Assembly: GCA_942493215.1 (NCBI GenBank)
Contig: OW818670.1
Span: 523,298 to 587,297, forward strand
DNA from: an uncultured Bacillota bacterium
GTDB taxonomy: Bacteria; Bacillota_I; Bacilli_A; RF39; UBA660
DNA: 64,000 nt
Reading direction: 5' to 3'
Shown: positions 1 to 10,213 of the stretch, piece after piece
How positions within the stretch are numbered: position 1 is the stretch's first letter
Layout: each line of letters begins with the position of its first letter
The notes under the pieces: generated by a model
Database searches by the model: none
The model's input: only the letters and a program-made list of their open reading frames with translations
Told to the model about the DNA's origin: nothing
Position numbers and translations under genes: made by a program

Positions 1-754
1 ATCAGGGACTTCAACTTTATATTTTCCCTCAAGTATATCAATACTAATAACTCTTCCTTCACCTTTTTCCGTCATTACCTTTTTACCAATACTTGGAATA
101 TTTTCACGACAGCTCTTATAACACTCATCTTCATATTTTAAACAGCATAAAAGTCGACCACAAGATCCGTTAATTTTAGATGGATTAAGGGAAATGTTTT
201 GATTTTTTGCCATATTGATAGAAACAGCATCAAATTCTTTTAAAAATCTACTACAACAAAGTTCACAACCACATACACCGAGTCCACCAATCTTTTTGGC
301 TTTATCACGAATACCAACTTGGCGTAATTCAATTCTCGTTTTATAGATAGTGGCTAATTCTTTAGCTAATTCACGAAAATCAACACGAGCACTAGAAACA
401 AAATGAAACATTAATTGTTCTCTATTAAAAGTAAAACTAGAATCTATTATTTGCATATCTAACTTGTATTTTTCAACTAATTTGCGACATACATCAATAG
501 CTTTTTTAGCATCATTAAGATTTTGTTCGTGTTTACTTATATCCCTATCATCAGCTTTCCTAATAACGCTTTTTAAATCCTCTTTAAAATTGCTATAATC
601 AATATCAACATTAGTTTTTACTACAAATCCTAATTGTGTACCACGTTCAGTATTAACAACAACCGCATCACCAAGGCTAACATCAAATTTACCACTAATA
701 AAATAATATACTTGACTACTCTCTTTGAAATTTATACCAACTATTCTTTCCATA
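1..754 (-). CDS. ricT: RicT/YaaT (PSP1 C-terminal domain, stage-0 sporulation-associated regulator); C-terminus runs off the window start
   Basis: Manual reverse translation from the ATG at 752-754 gives MERIVGINFKESSQVYYFISGKFD... with Cys-rich CGCELCC and CGRLLCC motifs typical of YaaT/PSP1. Sits immediately downstream of holB, as in Bacillus. Confidence 0.8.
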
Positions 755-1711
755 TTATTCACCCTCCTTCATATCTATTAATAAATTATCTAACAATAAA
801 TTAAAATTAGCATTAATTTTTAATTTTTCTTTAGCTTTTATAATTAAACCAATTCGTTCACATATTTTATTTATGGAAATTAAATTCTTTAGTTTTTCAA
901 TTTTATCATTATAATCAAAAAAATATTGAGCTTGACTACCACATTTAACATTTAAAACATCCTTATAAATCAATATTATTATATCAAAGAATAATTCATT
1001 ATCTTCTTTACCATCGTATACTTCTTCTAGTAATTGGGGCAGATGGGCTAATGTACTTATTCCTTTCTCTTCATAATATATAACAAAATTTATAAGCTTT
1101 AATATAATATCACATTTTTGTGGATTATTTGTAAAATTTTTTTCTTCGCGATTGTTAAATAATAGCTTGTCCAACATTTCAACAGTACTATTACATTTAA
1201 TACTATTATCTCTTTTTAAAGGAATAATCAAACATCTTGAAATAATCGTTTCTAATACTTGACTTATATTACCTGTTATTAATATAGCAACAATTCCCTC
1301 TTCTGGTTCTTCAAGAAATTTTAAAATGGAATTGGCTGATGATATATTTAGTTTTTCGACACCATTAATAATATAAATCTTTTTTTGACCAATAATAGCT
1401 TTTCTTGAAAATTCCTGCTGCAAATCCGTTATTTGGTCTTTTTTTATCCACAAACCATCAGCGTTAATTATTTTTATCTCAATTGCATTGCCATCATCAA
1501 TTGATTGACATATATGACAATTACCACATTGATCTTTGTTAGTCTTTCTCTCTGGACACAGCAAAGCTTTGGCAAAAGCCAAGGCCACATTCATTCCACT
1601 ATAGCTACCATTTGTTTCTATAAGATAAGCATGGGAATATTTATCATTTTTTATGGTATTGTAAATAATATTATAAGCAACACCCTGCTTATTTTTGTAA
1701 TCATCAAGCAT
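755..1711 (-). CDS. holB: DNA polymerase III delta-prime subunit
   Basis: 318 aa. AAA+ clamp-loader fold with the zinc module CPERKTNKDQCGNCHICQ, and an SRC-like motif. Conserved holB-ricT neighbourhood. Confidence 0.85.
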   Translation of the reverse strand: MLDDYKNKQGVAYNIIYNTIKNDKYSHAYLIETNGSYSGMNVALAFAKALLCPERKTNKDQCGNCHICQSIDDGNAIEIKIINADGLWIKKDQITDLQQEFSRKAIIGQKKIYIINGVEKLNISSANSILKFLEEPEEGIVAILITGNISQVLETIISRCLIIPLKRDNSIKCNSTVEMLDKLLFNNREEKNFTNNPQKCDIILKLINFVIYYEEKGISTLAHLPQLLEEVYDGKEDNELFFDIIILIYKDVLNVKCGSQAQYFFDYNDKIEKLKNLISINKICERIGLIIKAKEKLKINANFNLLLDNLLIDMKEGE

Positions 1712-1723
1712 AGAAACACCTCT

Positions 1724-1912
1724 TTAAAAAATAAATAAAGCTATAAATATTAAAGCTAGTAAAGCTGGGGCTCCTAAAAGGGTTATCAATAAAACCGTTA
1801 TAATATTAATAGGTATTATCATCGCTATGGGAGCAATAATTATATTATATCCATATAGCAAGCACACACTAAATACTATTCTTTTTATTATGTTAATCAG
1901 TTTCTTTAGCAT
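1724..1912 (-). CDS. Small two-TM membrane protein, BofA-like (pro-sigma-K processing inhibitor family) candidate
   Basis: 62 aa. The segment IPINIITVLLITLLGAPALLALIFI resembles BofA VPINLVTTAISGILGIPGIAALVVI. Position between recR and holB matches B. subtilis recR-yaaL-bofA. Confidence 0.4.
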   Translation of the reverse strand: MLKKLINIIKRIVFSVCLLYGYNIIIAPIAMIIPINIITVLLITLLGAPALLALIFIALFIF

Positions 1913-1951
1913 ATATCCACCTCAATATAATATTATGATGGACAATATTTT

Positions 1952-2557
1952 TTATGAAATAGTTGTTCGTCCCTGTAACGCTATTTCTAATGTTAATGGA
2001 TCAATGTAGTCCATATCTGTTCCTAAAGGAATACCATAAGCTATTTTAGTAATCTTAATATTAGCATTTTCAAGTTTCTTGGAGATATATAGCATTGTCG
2101 TTTCTCCTTCAACGCTTGGCGTTAAAGCTAAAATAATTTCTTTGGTATTATCATCTTTAATTCTCTTGAATAATCCTTTTAAATCAATATCTTCCGGCCC
2201 AATATCATCCAATGGTGATATAAGTCCTCCTAAAACATGATATGTTCCCATAAATGCTCCTGTTTTTTCGAAGGACGCAATATTTTTACAGTCTTCAACA
2301 ACACAAATAACATCGTTACTACGTAGTTTATCTTTACAAATATCACACAAAGTATCTTCTGAATAATTATTACACTTTTCGCAATATCGAATTTTCTCTT
2401 TAACATCATTTAAAGCTTGGGCAAATTGTTGCACCAAAGCTTTATCCATACTCATAGTTGCTAAAGCCAATCGCTCAGCACTTTTTTCTCCAATACCTGG
2501 AAGTTTCTTATAACTATCAATTAAATTTCTTAAAGACTTTGGATATCCATAATTCAT
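1952..2557 (-). CDS. recR: Recombination protein RecR
   Basis: 201 aa. HhH N-terminus, C4 zinc finger CEKCNNYSEDTLCDIC, Toprim domain. Confidence 0.9.
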   Translation of the reverse strand: MNYGYPKSLRNLIDSYKKLPGIGEKSAERLALATMSMDKALVQQFAQALNDVKEKIRYCEKCNNYSEDTLCDICKDKLRSNDVICVVEDCKNIASFEKTGAFMGTYHVLGGLISPLDDIGPEDIDLKGLFKRIKDDNTKEIILALTPSVEGETTMLYISKKLENANIKITKIAYGIPLGTDMDYIDPLTLEIALQGRTTIS

Positions 2558-2853
2558 TAGAATAATCCCGGCATTCCTTGGGTATATTTGCCTAATTTAC
2601 TTTCGTTATCTTTATCAATCTTTTTGATAGCTTCATTTATTGCAACAACTATAATATCCTGTAACATTTCGATATCTTCTTTATCCAAAGAATCACTATC
2701 AATTTTAATAGATATTACTTCTTTTGTTCCTTTTAATTTAACACTAACAAAAGAATTACTTGCCTCATAAATTGTACTATTAATTTCTTCTTTAGCTTTC
2801 ATAATTTCTTTTTGTAATTTTTGAGCTTGTTGCATCATAGCTTGAATATTCAT
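2557..2853 (-). CDS. ybaB: Nucleoid-associated protein YbaB/EbfC
   Basis: 98 aa, ends GMPGLF. Conserved dnaX-ybaB-recR order. Confidence 0.85.
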   Translation of the reverse strand: MNIQAMMQQAQKLQKEIMKAKEEINSTIYEASNSFVSVKLKGTKEVISIKIDSDSLDKEDIEMLQDIIVVAINEAIKKIDKDNESKLGKYTQGMPGLF

Positions 2854-2870
2854 ATTATTCCTTCTTTCTA

Positions 2871-4487
2871 TTATTCGTATGTTATAACCTCAGAAAATGT
2901 ATTTTCAATAGAATCTTGTTTTTCTGTTATTTCTTTTTTAAAAATTAATTCTAAATCAAATGTTTCTTCTGTGTATTGATATTTCTCTGTTTTAGTATTG
3001 AAGTTTTGTTTTATATTATCCCATTCTTCATCACACGTTGCAATAACTTTGTAGTTAACTTTCAAATATTCATTTATTGCTTTTTCGAGTGCCATAATTT
3101 TACAATTTAAAGCATCAGCCATACGATTATTGGAAAAGACAAAGATAATATATTCATCACTAGCAGCATTAATTTTAGCATCAAGAGCCAAAGAAACTGC
3201 CTCACTATATTCAGGATTAATAATTGCAGATCTTAGAAGATCAATATCTTTTCTAAATTCTAACATTTTCTGGCGATTGAATCGAGAAAGAGTATTATTG
3301 ATACGGCACTTTTTTACTTCTATAAATTCAGAAGGCAAATCTATCTTAGCTTGAATATCTTCAATCTTTTTTTCAGATATTTTTTCTTTCTTCTTTTCCT
3401 TTTCAGGCAAGATACTATTACTCTTACCACTTTCATTATTATTTAATAATTTAATTATAGTAAGTTCAAAGATTAATCTTTTATTACTAACATTATGCAT
3501 ATCCGAAGTGGCTTCAGTTAATTTTTCAATATATGAAATCAAATTTTCGGTACTAATTTTGTCAAAAGTATCATTAACAACTTTATTATCCTTTTTATCT
3601 ATTAATCTGTTAAAAATAATATTTTTTATAAAAGTAATTATTTCATCAATAACCTTAATAAAATTAATGCCATCATCATCGTATTTGTCTATTATAATTA
3701 GTATTTCGGTAATATTGTTATCAAAGATATTTAAAACAAATAATTTAACCTCTTCAGCAGATAGAGTTCCATTAATTTTATGAATATCAGAAATAGTTAA
3801 ATCGGGCGAATATGCTAGAGCTTGATCTAATAAACTAATTGCATCTCGCATACCACCATAAGACAATCTCGCTATTTCTTTTATAACCTCTTCTTCCATA
3901 GCAATCTTTTCACACTCTAATATTTTTTTTAGCTGAACAACTATTTCGCCATCACTAATCTTTTTAAAATCAAATCGTTGACATCTAGACAATATTGTTA
4001 AAGGTATTTTTTGTGGTTCCGTTGTAGCTAACACAAATACAATGTGTTTTGGTGGTTCTTCTAACGTTTTTAACAAGGCGTTAAAAGCCCCTTGTGTTAA
4101 CATATGAACTTCATCAATTATATATACTTTGTACTTGCTAATACTTGGAACAAGCGCAACTTTGCTTCTTAACTCTCTTATTTCATCAACACCATTATTA
4201 GATGCAGCATCTATTTCAATTATATCCGTATTCTGTTTGTCATTTGTTTGCAAACAGCTGATACAATGATCACAAGGTATTGCATCCACAGGATTGTCAC
4301 AGTTAATGGTTTTAGCAAGTATTTTTGCAACCGTTGTTTTTCCTGTTCCTCTTAATCCTGTAAATAAATATGCATGTGATATTTTATCATTTATAATCGC
4401 ATTTTTAAGTGTTTTAATTATTACATCTTGACCCATTACTTCATCAAAATTTCTAGGTCTATATTTTCGATACAATGCTTGATACAT
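2871..4487 (-). CDS. dnaX: DNA polymerase III subunit gamma/tau
   Basis: 538 aa. Walker A GLRGTGKTT, zinc module CDNPVDAIPCDHCISC, clamp-loader motifs. Confidence 0.9.
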   Translation of the reverse strand: MYQALYRKYRPRNFDEVMGQDVIIKTLKNAIINDKISHAYLFTGLRGTGKTTVAKILAKTINCDNPVDAIPCDHCISCLQTNDKQNTDIIEIDAASNNGVDEIRELRSKVALVPSISKYKVYIIDEVHMLTQGAFNALLKTLEEPPKHIVFVLATTEPQKIPLTILSRCQRFDFKKISDGEIVVQLKKILECEKIAMEEEVIKEIARLSYGGMRDAISLLDQALAYSPDLTISDIHKINGTLSAEEVKLFVLNIFDNNITEILIIIDKYDDDGINFIKVIDEIITFIKNIIFNRLIDKKDNKVVNDTFDKISTENLISYIEKLTEATSDMHNVSNKRLIFELTIIKLLNNNESGKSNSILPEKEKKKEKISEKKIEDIQAKIDLPSEFIEVKKCRINNTLSRFNRQKMLEFRKDIDLLRSAIINPEYSEAVSLALDAKINAASDEYIIFVFSNNRMADALNCKIMALEKAINEYLKVNYKVIATCDEEWDNIKQNFNTKTEKYQYTEETFDLELIFKKEITEKQDSIENTFSEVITYE

Positions 4488-4519
4488 TATTCATCACCTA
4501 ATTAATTATATCATTTTTT

Positions 4520-4550
4520 ATAACAAAAAAAGAGAGTATTATTCTCTTTT
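4520..4550 (-). terminator. Rho-independent terminator after tadA (minus strand)
   Basis: Palindrome AAAGAGA-gtattat-TCTCTTT followed by a T-run on the minus strand. Confidence 0.5.
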
Positions 4551-4985
4551 TAGTTCAAAAAAGTTTTTTAATAGTTTTGATGCTTCTTCTTGGCAAACTC
4601 CGCTTGTATAGTTAACGTGATGATTACTTTTTTTGTTATCAAAAATATTATCAATACTTTCTACGCCACCAAATTTCTCGTTTTTAGTTGCATATATTAC
4701 TTTTTTTATACGAGATTGCAATATTGCACCACAGCACATAATACATGGCTCTAATGTTACATACATCGTGCAGTCATTTAAATACCAGCTCTTCTTTTTT
4801 CGACATGCAGATTCAATAGCTATTATTTCAGCATGCTTTGTTGCCATCTTTTCTAATTCTTTTTTATTATAGCCTTTACTAATAATTTTGTTATTTTCAA
4901 CAATAATTGCTCCAACTGGAACGTCGCCATTAGCAAATGCTTTTTTTGCTTGTTTTATAGCCAGTAACATATATTTTTCATTCAT
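4539..4985 (-). CDS. tadA: tRNA-specific adenosine deaminase
   Basis: CDA fold with HAE and PCxxC (HAEIIAIE, PCIMCCGAI). The ORF extends to 5012, but the MNEKYMLL start at 4985 has a GGTGA RBS, so 4985 is used. Confidence 0.8.
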   Translation of the reverse strand: MNEKYMLLAIKQAKKAFANGDVPVGAIIVENNKIISKGYNKKELEKMATKHAEIIAIESACRKKKSWYLNDCTMYVTLEPCIMCCGAILQSRIKKVIYATKNEKFGGVESIDNIFDNKKSNHHVNYTSGVCQEEASKLLKNFFELKRE

Positions 4986-5120
4986 CTTATCACCATCTAA
5001 AATGACGCACATATTTAGAGGATTTTAAGGCTGCTATCTTCCGATCCTGACCTGTTTCAAACATAAACATTGCGTCTTTAATAATATAATATAATTAATA
5101 AGTTTATGCAACAAAATTTA

Positions 5121-5136
5121 TGTTTCACGTGAAACA
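5121..5136. promoter_or_regulatory. parS site 1 (TGTTTCACGTGAAACA, perfect Firmicute consensus)
   Basis: Exact match to the ParB/Spo0J binding consensus TGTTNCACGTGAAACA. Perfect 16-bp palindrome in an ORF-free spacer. Confidence 0.8.
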
Positions 5137-5226
5137 TTGTTCATAAATTATTTCCCGGGAAATAATTTTTATAATTATTTTCAGATTTACCATTTCTGTT
5201 ATTTCCCAACCAAAAAAAAGGAAATA
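5137..5226. repeat. Direct repeat copy A (about 85 bp) following parS site 1; contains the 18-bp palindrome TTATTTCCCGGGAAATAA
   Basis: About 85% identical to 5749-5838, including the shared tail CTGTTATTTCCCAACCAAAAAAAAGGAA. Confidence 0.7.
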
Positions 5227-5286
5227 CTAATTTTTACAATGTAGATTATTATAGTTATGTTTAATTATCATAAATATAACATTGTA

Positions 5287-5302
5287 TGTTCCACGTGGAA
5301 CA
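5287..5302. promoter_or_regulatory. parS site 2 (TGTTCCACGTGGAACA)
   Basis: Perfect palindrome, one-base variant per half-site of the parS consensus. Embedded in the 18-bp palindrome ATGTTCCACGTGGAACAT. Confidence 0.75.
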
Positions 5303-5452
5303 TTGAAAATTACTATATTATTTTTGCTAATTGAAATATTTAATTTAGTCATTATTATAAATATATTGAAACATTATTTAATTTTATAATTTGTATTGTA
5401 AAATATATATATACTTTTAAATTATTTTTAATTGTTTTGCTTTAACACTTAT

Positions 5453-5468
5453 GTTCCACGTGGAACAT
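5453..5468. promoter_or_regulatory. parS site 3 (TGTTCCACGTGGAACA)
   Basis: Embedded in the 24-bp perfect palindrome CTTATGTTCCACGTGGAACATAAG. Confidence 0.75.
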
Positions 5469-5578
5469 AAGTAACCAGTTTATATATTACTGTTTTAGTA
5501 TCAGTTGGTGCTACTTTCTAGTAAAAAGAGAACTAAAATACTAATTATATAGCAAATATATGTTATAAATTTATTTAA

Positions 5579-5594
5579 TGTTTCACGTGGAACA
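5579..5594. promoter_or_regulatory. parS site 4 (TGTTTCACGTGGAACA)
   Basis: Hybrid of the two half-site variants. Flanked by TAA/TTA extensions. Confidence 0.75.
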
Positions 5595-5732
5595 TTAGAT
5601 AATACTTAAAATAGTAATAAAATAAGACTTTTAAATAAAAGGTATTAAATAATAATATTAAAGATTAAATATTTTTATATTAAGGCATATAGAAAATTAA
5701 ATTCATAGAAATGCTTTTATATTAAATGATTA

Positions 5733-5748
5733 TGTTCCACGTGGAACA
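5733..5748. promoter_or_regulatory. parS site 5 (TGTTCCACGTGGAACA)
   Basis: Embedded in the 26-bp perfect palindrome GATTATGTTCCACGTGGAACATAATC. Confidence 0.75.
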
Positions 5749-5838
5749 TAATCTATAAAATATTTCCTGGGAAATAATTTTTCGTGTTTGATTACAGATT
5801 TGCCGTTTCTGTTATTTCCCAACCAAAAAAAAGGAAGT
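5749..5838. repeat. Direct repeat copy B (about 85 bp) following parS site 5 and abutting the gyrA stop
   Basis: TATTTCCTGGGAAATAATTTTT ... GCCGTTTCTGTTATTTCCCAACCAAAAAAAAGGAAG, aligns with copy A. Confidence 0.7.
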
Positions 5839-8264
5839 TAAATATCACAAACTTCCTTTTCATCAGCTTTAATTATAGCAACCGTGCTAACTTTTTGATT
5901 GTCTTTTAAATTGATTAATCTTACTCCTTGAGCTACTCGTCCTGTTGATGATACTTGACTCAAAGGTAATCTTATAATAATACCACTATCGGTAATAATC
6001 ATTAAATCTTCATCGCCATGAACAGATTTAAATGAAACAATATTCCCGTTTTTTTCAGTGATATTTAAAGCTTTAACTCCTTTGCTACCACGATGTGTAA
6101 TTCGATATTCATTAATATCCGTTTGTTTGCCATAACCATTCTCAGTTACAACTAGAACTTGTTGATCTGTTTCAGCAATTTCCATACCAACTGCGTAGCC
6201 TTCACCGACATCAATACCACGAACGCCAGAAGCACTACGACCCATAACTCTAATTTCTTTTTCATCAAACCTAATCATACGTCCGTTAGAAGAAGCAATT
6301 AGTATTTCATTTTCTCCCTCTGTCTTTTTAACGGAAATCAATTGATCGTTTTCATTTAATGAAATAGCAATCTTACCATTAGTTCTAATGTTACTAAACT
6401 CTGAAAGACTTGTTCTTTTAACCGTTCCATTTTGAGTACAGAAAACAATATATTTAGAACTATCATCAGCCAAAACCTTTAACATTACTTTAATTATCTC
6501 ATCTTTTTCAATCGGTAATAAGTTAACTATTGGTAAACCTTTAGATTGACGGCTAAATTCTGGAACCTCATAACCTTTAACACGATAAACTTTACCTTTA
6601 TTAGTAAAGAACATTAAATAATCATGTGTTGTCATCGAGATTAAACTTTCTACAAAATCTTCTTCATTCGTAGCCATACCCTTAATACCTACGCCACCGC
6701 GATTTTGAGTCTTATATGTTTCACATTGTATTCTCTTTATATAACCTTTATTAGTTAAAGTTATTACAATATCCTCTACAGGTATTAGTGATTCATCTTC
6801 AATGTAATCAGCAGATGTCATATCAATGTGAGTTCTTCTTTCATCAGCATATTTTCCTTTTATTTCTAACAACTCAGTACGAATTATTTCCAATACTCGT
6901 TGCTCGCTAGCTAGAATAGCTTTGTATTCTTCAATAGCTTTTAATAAATCTGCTAATTCAGACTCAATCTTGCCTCTTTCTAAACCCGTTAAACGACGCA
7001 ATTTCATTTCGAGAATAGCTTCTGTTTGGATATCAGTTAAACCAAAATTAGAAGTTAGTTTTGCCTTTGCATCGTCGTCACTTGAAGCCTCTTTAATAAT
7101 TTTAATTACTGCATCAATATTATCAAGAGCAATTTTTAATCCTTCAAGAATATGAACTCTCTTCTCGGCTTTAGTTAGATCATATCTTGTTCTTTTGATG
7201 ATTATTTCCTTTTGATAATCAATATATTTAGAAATAATTTGTTTAAGCCCAAGTGTCTTTGGAACACCATTATCAATCATTAATAAAATAATACCATATG
7301 TTGTCTGAAAAGATGTATGTTTATATAAGTTGTTAAGAACAACCTGTGGATTAGCATCCTTCTTCAATGTTATGGTAATTTTAATACCATTTTTCAAGTC
7401 ACTATGATAATCAGAAATTCCATCTATTATTTTATTGTGGACTAGTTCTGCAACTTTATTTTTTAATTCTAAAGTATTGACACCATAAGGAACCTCATCA
7501 ATAATAATATAACTTTTACCATCATTTTCCTCAATAGTAGCCTTACTACGAATAGTAATGGTACCACGTCCTGTTTCATAAGCTTTTTTTATCTCACTGT
7601 TACCAAGAATAATACCACCAGTTGGAAAATCTGGTCCCTTAATATAATTCATTAATCCTATAGTATCAATTTCAGGGTTATCAATATAGGCAACACATCC
7701 ATCAATTACTTCACCAAGATTATGAGGTGGAATATTAGTAGCCATACCAACAGCTATTCCCATTGTTCCATTAACTAGAATGTTAGGAAATCTTGATGGT
7801 AAAATAGTTGGTTCCTGTAATGATTCATCAAAGTTTGATCTAAACTCAACTATTTCTGGTCGAATATCTCTTAATAATTCCAAGGATATTTTTGAGAGCC
7901 TTGATTCGGTATAACGCATTGCCGCTGCTCCATAGCCATCGATATTTCCGAAGTTACCATGACCATCGACTAACATATAACGATAGCTAAAATCTTGAGC
8001 CATTCTTACCATTGCCTCATAAATACTAGAATCGCCGTGTGGATGATATTTTCCCATTACATCACCAACAATACGTGCTGATTTTTTATGTGGCTTATCT
8101 GGGAAATAGCTTGATTCATACATTGAATATAAGATTCGACGATGAACAGGCTTTAATCCATCTCTTAAATCTGGTAAAGCACGGGATACAATAACGCTCA
8201 TTGAATAATCCAAGAAAGAATCTTGAATTTCATTAACAATATTATTTTGTACTAATTTATCCAT
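5838..8264 (-). CDS. gyrA: DNA gyrase subunit A
   Basis: 808 aa. Active-site region AAMRYTE, QRDR-like [20 protein letters not shown]-terminal beta-pinwheel repeats. Confidence 0.95.
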   Translation of the reverse strand: MDKLVQNNIVNEIQDSFLDYSMSVIVSRALPDLRDGLKPVHRRILYSMYESSYFPDKPHKKSARIVGDVMGKYHPHGDSSIYEAMVRMAQDFSYRYMLVDGHGNFGNIDGYGAAAMRYTESRLSKISLELLRDIRPEIVEFRSNFDESLQEPTILPSRFPNILVNGTMGIAVGMATNIPPHNLGEVIDGCVAYIDNPEIDTIGLMNYIKGPDFPTGGIILGNSEIKKAYETGRGTITIRSKATIEENDGKSYIIIDEVPYGVNTLELKNKVAELVHNKIIDGISDYHSDLKNGIKITITLKKDANPQVVLNNLYKHTSFQTTYGIILLMIDNGVPKTLGLKQIISKYIDYQKEIIIKRTRYDLTKAEKRVHILEGLKIALDNIDAVIKIIKEASSDDDAKAKLTSNFGLTDIQTEAILEMKLRRLTGLERGKIESELADLLKAIEEYKAILASEQRVLEIIRTELLEIKGKYADERRTHIDMTSADYIEDESLIPVEDIVITLTNKGYIKRIQCETYKTQNRGGVGIKGMATNEEDFVESLISMTTHDYLMFFTNKGKVYRVKGYEVPEFSRQSKGLPIVNLLPIEKDEIIKVMLKVLADDSSKYIVFCTQNGTVKRTSLSEFSNIRTNGKIAISLNENDQLISVKKTEGENEILIASSNGRMIRFDEKEIRVMGRSASGVRGIDVGEGYAVGMEIAETDQQVLVVTENGYGKQTDINEYRITHRGSKGVKALNITEKNGNIVSFKSVHGDEDLMIITDSGIIIRLPLSQVSSTGRVAQGVRLINLKDNQKVSTVAIIKADEKEVCDI

Positions 8265-8279
8265 TATTTAATCCCCCAT

Positions 8280-10211
8280 CTATATATCTAAATTATCAGC
8301 ATAAGTTGCATTTTCTTCAATGAAAGTACGGCGAGGTTCAACTTCCTCACCCATTAATTTATTGAAAACTTGATCTGCTAATATAGCATCTTCAACAGTT
8401 ATCTGCCGTAATATTCTCTTTTCTATATTCATTGTTGTTTCATCTAATTCGTCAGCATCCATTTCTCCCAAGCCTTTCATCCGCATAATCTCATATTTGG
8501 TATTTGGTGAAAGGGTTGATAAATATTCATCACGTTCTTTAGGATTTAAAACATATTTAATTGCTTTGTTATGTTTTATAACAAACAAAGGAGGTTGGGC
8601 TGCATAAACGTGTCCTGCTTCTACTAGCGGACGGAAAAAACGATAAAATAATGTAAGCAATAAAACCCTAATATGCTCACCATCAACATCAGCATCGGTC
8701 ATAATAATGATTTTTCCATACCTCAATTTATTTATATCAAATTCATCACCAATACCTGTACCAAAAGCCGTTATTATAGTTCTAATTTCCTCATTTGATA
8801 AGGCACGATCTAGACGAGCTTTCTCAACATTAAGAATTTTTCCTCTTAAAGGCAAAATAGCTTGGGTTAAGCTGTTACGTCCCTTTATTGCTGATCCACC
8901 GGCTGAATCTCCCTCGACTAAAAATATTTCGCATTCGGAAACATCTTTGCTTTTACAATCACTAAGTTTTCCATAGAAATTAGTAACATCTAAATCACCT
9001 TTGCGACGAGTAAGTTCACGTGCTTTTTTGGCAGCTACTCGTGCTCGTGCTGCAATCATTGTCTTTTCAATAATAATCTTAGCCTGATCAGGATTTTCTA
9101 ATAAAAATCTTTCAAATCCCTCACTAAAAATATTAGAAGCAATTTTTCTTACCTCACTATTACCCAATTTTGTTTTAGTTTGACCTTCAAATTGTGGTTC
9201 AGGAACTTTAGCTGATATTATCATTGTCATTCCTTCACGGACATCTTCACCAGTTAATGGTTCATCATTATCTTTCAATATCTTATTATTTTTACAATAA
9301 GTATTTATAATACGAGTAAGACTGTTTTTTACTCCATCCTCATGAGTGCCACCCTCAGGAGTAACAATGTTATTAACAAATGAATAAATGGAACTAGTGT
9401 AACCATCATTATATTGGAACGCTACTTCCATAGAAACATCTTCTTCGATACCTTCAACATAGACAATTGTTGGGTGAATAGCTATTTTATCATTATTTAA
9501 AAATTCAACATATTCCCTAATTCCGCCTTCATAAACAAAAATATCTTTTTTACCAGTTCTTTCATCACATAAGATTATTCTTAAGCCCTTATTTAAAAAA
9601 GCTAATTGACGAATACGATTATATAAAATTTGATAGTTAAATTCCGTTGTTTCTTTGAATATTTCTGAATCTGGCATAAATGTTACTGTGGTACCTGTTC
9701 TTTCGGCACTACATTCACCTATTACAGTTAATGGTTTAACTGTATGTCCACCACTTTCAAAACGAATGTTATAAATTTTTTCTTCTTTATAAACAGTTAC
9801 TTCAACCCATTTACTTAAAGCATTAACTACCGATGCACCTACACCATGTAATCCACCAGATACTTTATATCCGCCACCACCAAATTTTCCACCAGCATGC
9901 AGAACTGTATATACCGTTTCAACTGTGGATAAACCAGTTTTAGGATGAATTCCAACAGGAATACCACGTCCATCATCCTTTACAGTAACAGAGTTATCTT
10001 TATTAACAATAATCTCAATATCATCACAAAAACCAGCTAAGGCCTCATCAATACTGTTATCAATTATTTCCCACACCAAATGATGTAGCCCAACTTCACT
10101 AGTAGAGCCAATATACATACCTGGTCTTTTACGAACCGCTTCTAGCCCTTCTAATACTTGGATATCCGAAGCATCATAATGTGAAATATTATTAGTTTCA
10201 TTTCTTTCCAT
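8280..10211 (-). CDS. gyrB: DNA gyrase subunit B
   Basis: 643 aa. GHKL ATPase ([16 protein letters not shown]), Toprim [19 protein letters not shown]. Confidence 0.95.
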   Translation of the reverse strand: MERNETNNISHYDASDIQVLEGLEAVRKRPGMYIGSTSEVGLHHLVWEIIDNSIDEALAGFCDDIEIIVNKDNSVTVKDDGRGIPVGIHPKTGLSTVETVYTVLHAGGKFGGGGYKVSGGLHGVGASVVNALSKWVEVTVYKEEKIYNIRFESGGHTVKPLTVIGECSAERTGTTVTFMPDSEIFKETTEFNYQILYNRIRQLAFLNKGLRIILCDERTGKKDIFVYEGGIREYVEFLNNDKIAIHPTIVYVEGIEEDVSMEVAFQYNDGYTSSIYSFVNNIVTPEGGTHEDGVKNSLTRIINTYCKNNKILKDNDEPLTGEDVREGMTMIISAKVPEPQFEGQTKTKLGNSEVRKIASNIFSEGFERFLLENPDQAKIIIEKTMIAARARVAAKKARELTRRKGDLDVTNFYGKLSDCKSKDVSECEIFLVEGDSAGGSAIKGRNSLTQAILPLRGKILNVEKARLDRALSNEEIRTIITAFGTGIGDEFDINKLRYGKIIIMTDADVDGEHIRVLLLTLFYRFFRPLVEAGHVYAAQPPLFVIKHNKAIKYVLNPKERDEYLSTLSPNTKYEIMRMKGLGEMDADELDETTMNIEKRILRQITVEDAILADQVFNKLMGEEVEPRRTFIEENATYADNLDI

Positions 10212-10213
10212 GT

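Noticed and set aside
5121-5748. CRISPR array, LexA/Cheo-box, CcpA cre or Rex sites as explanations for the five palindromes
   Set aside because: Repeats are palindromic, 16-26 bp, with 110-150-bp unequal spacers, which is not CRISPR geometry. GTTC-N6-GAAC has the wrong half-site orientation and spacing for GAAC-N4-GTTC. cre and Rex consensus differ in spacing or sequence. Site 1 is a 16/16 match to the parS consensus.
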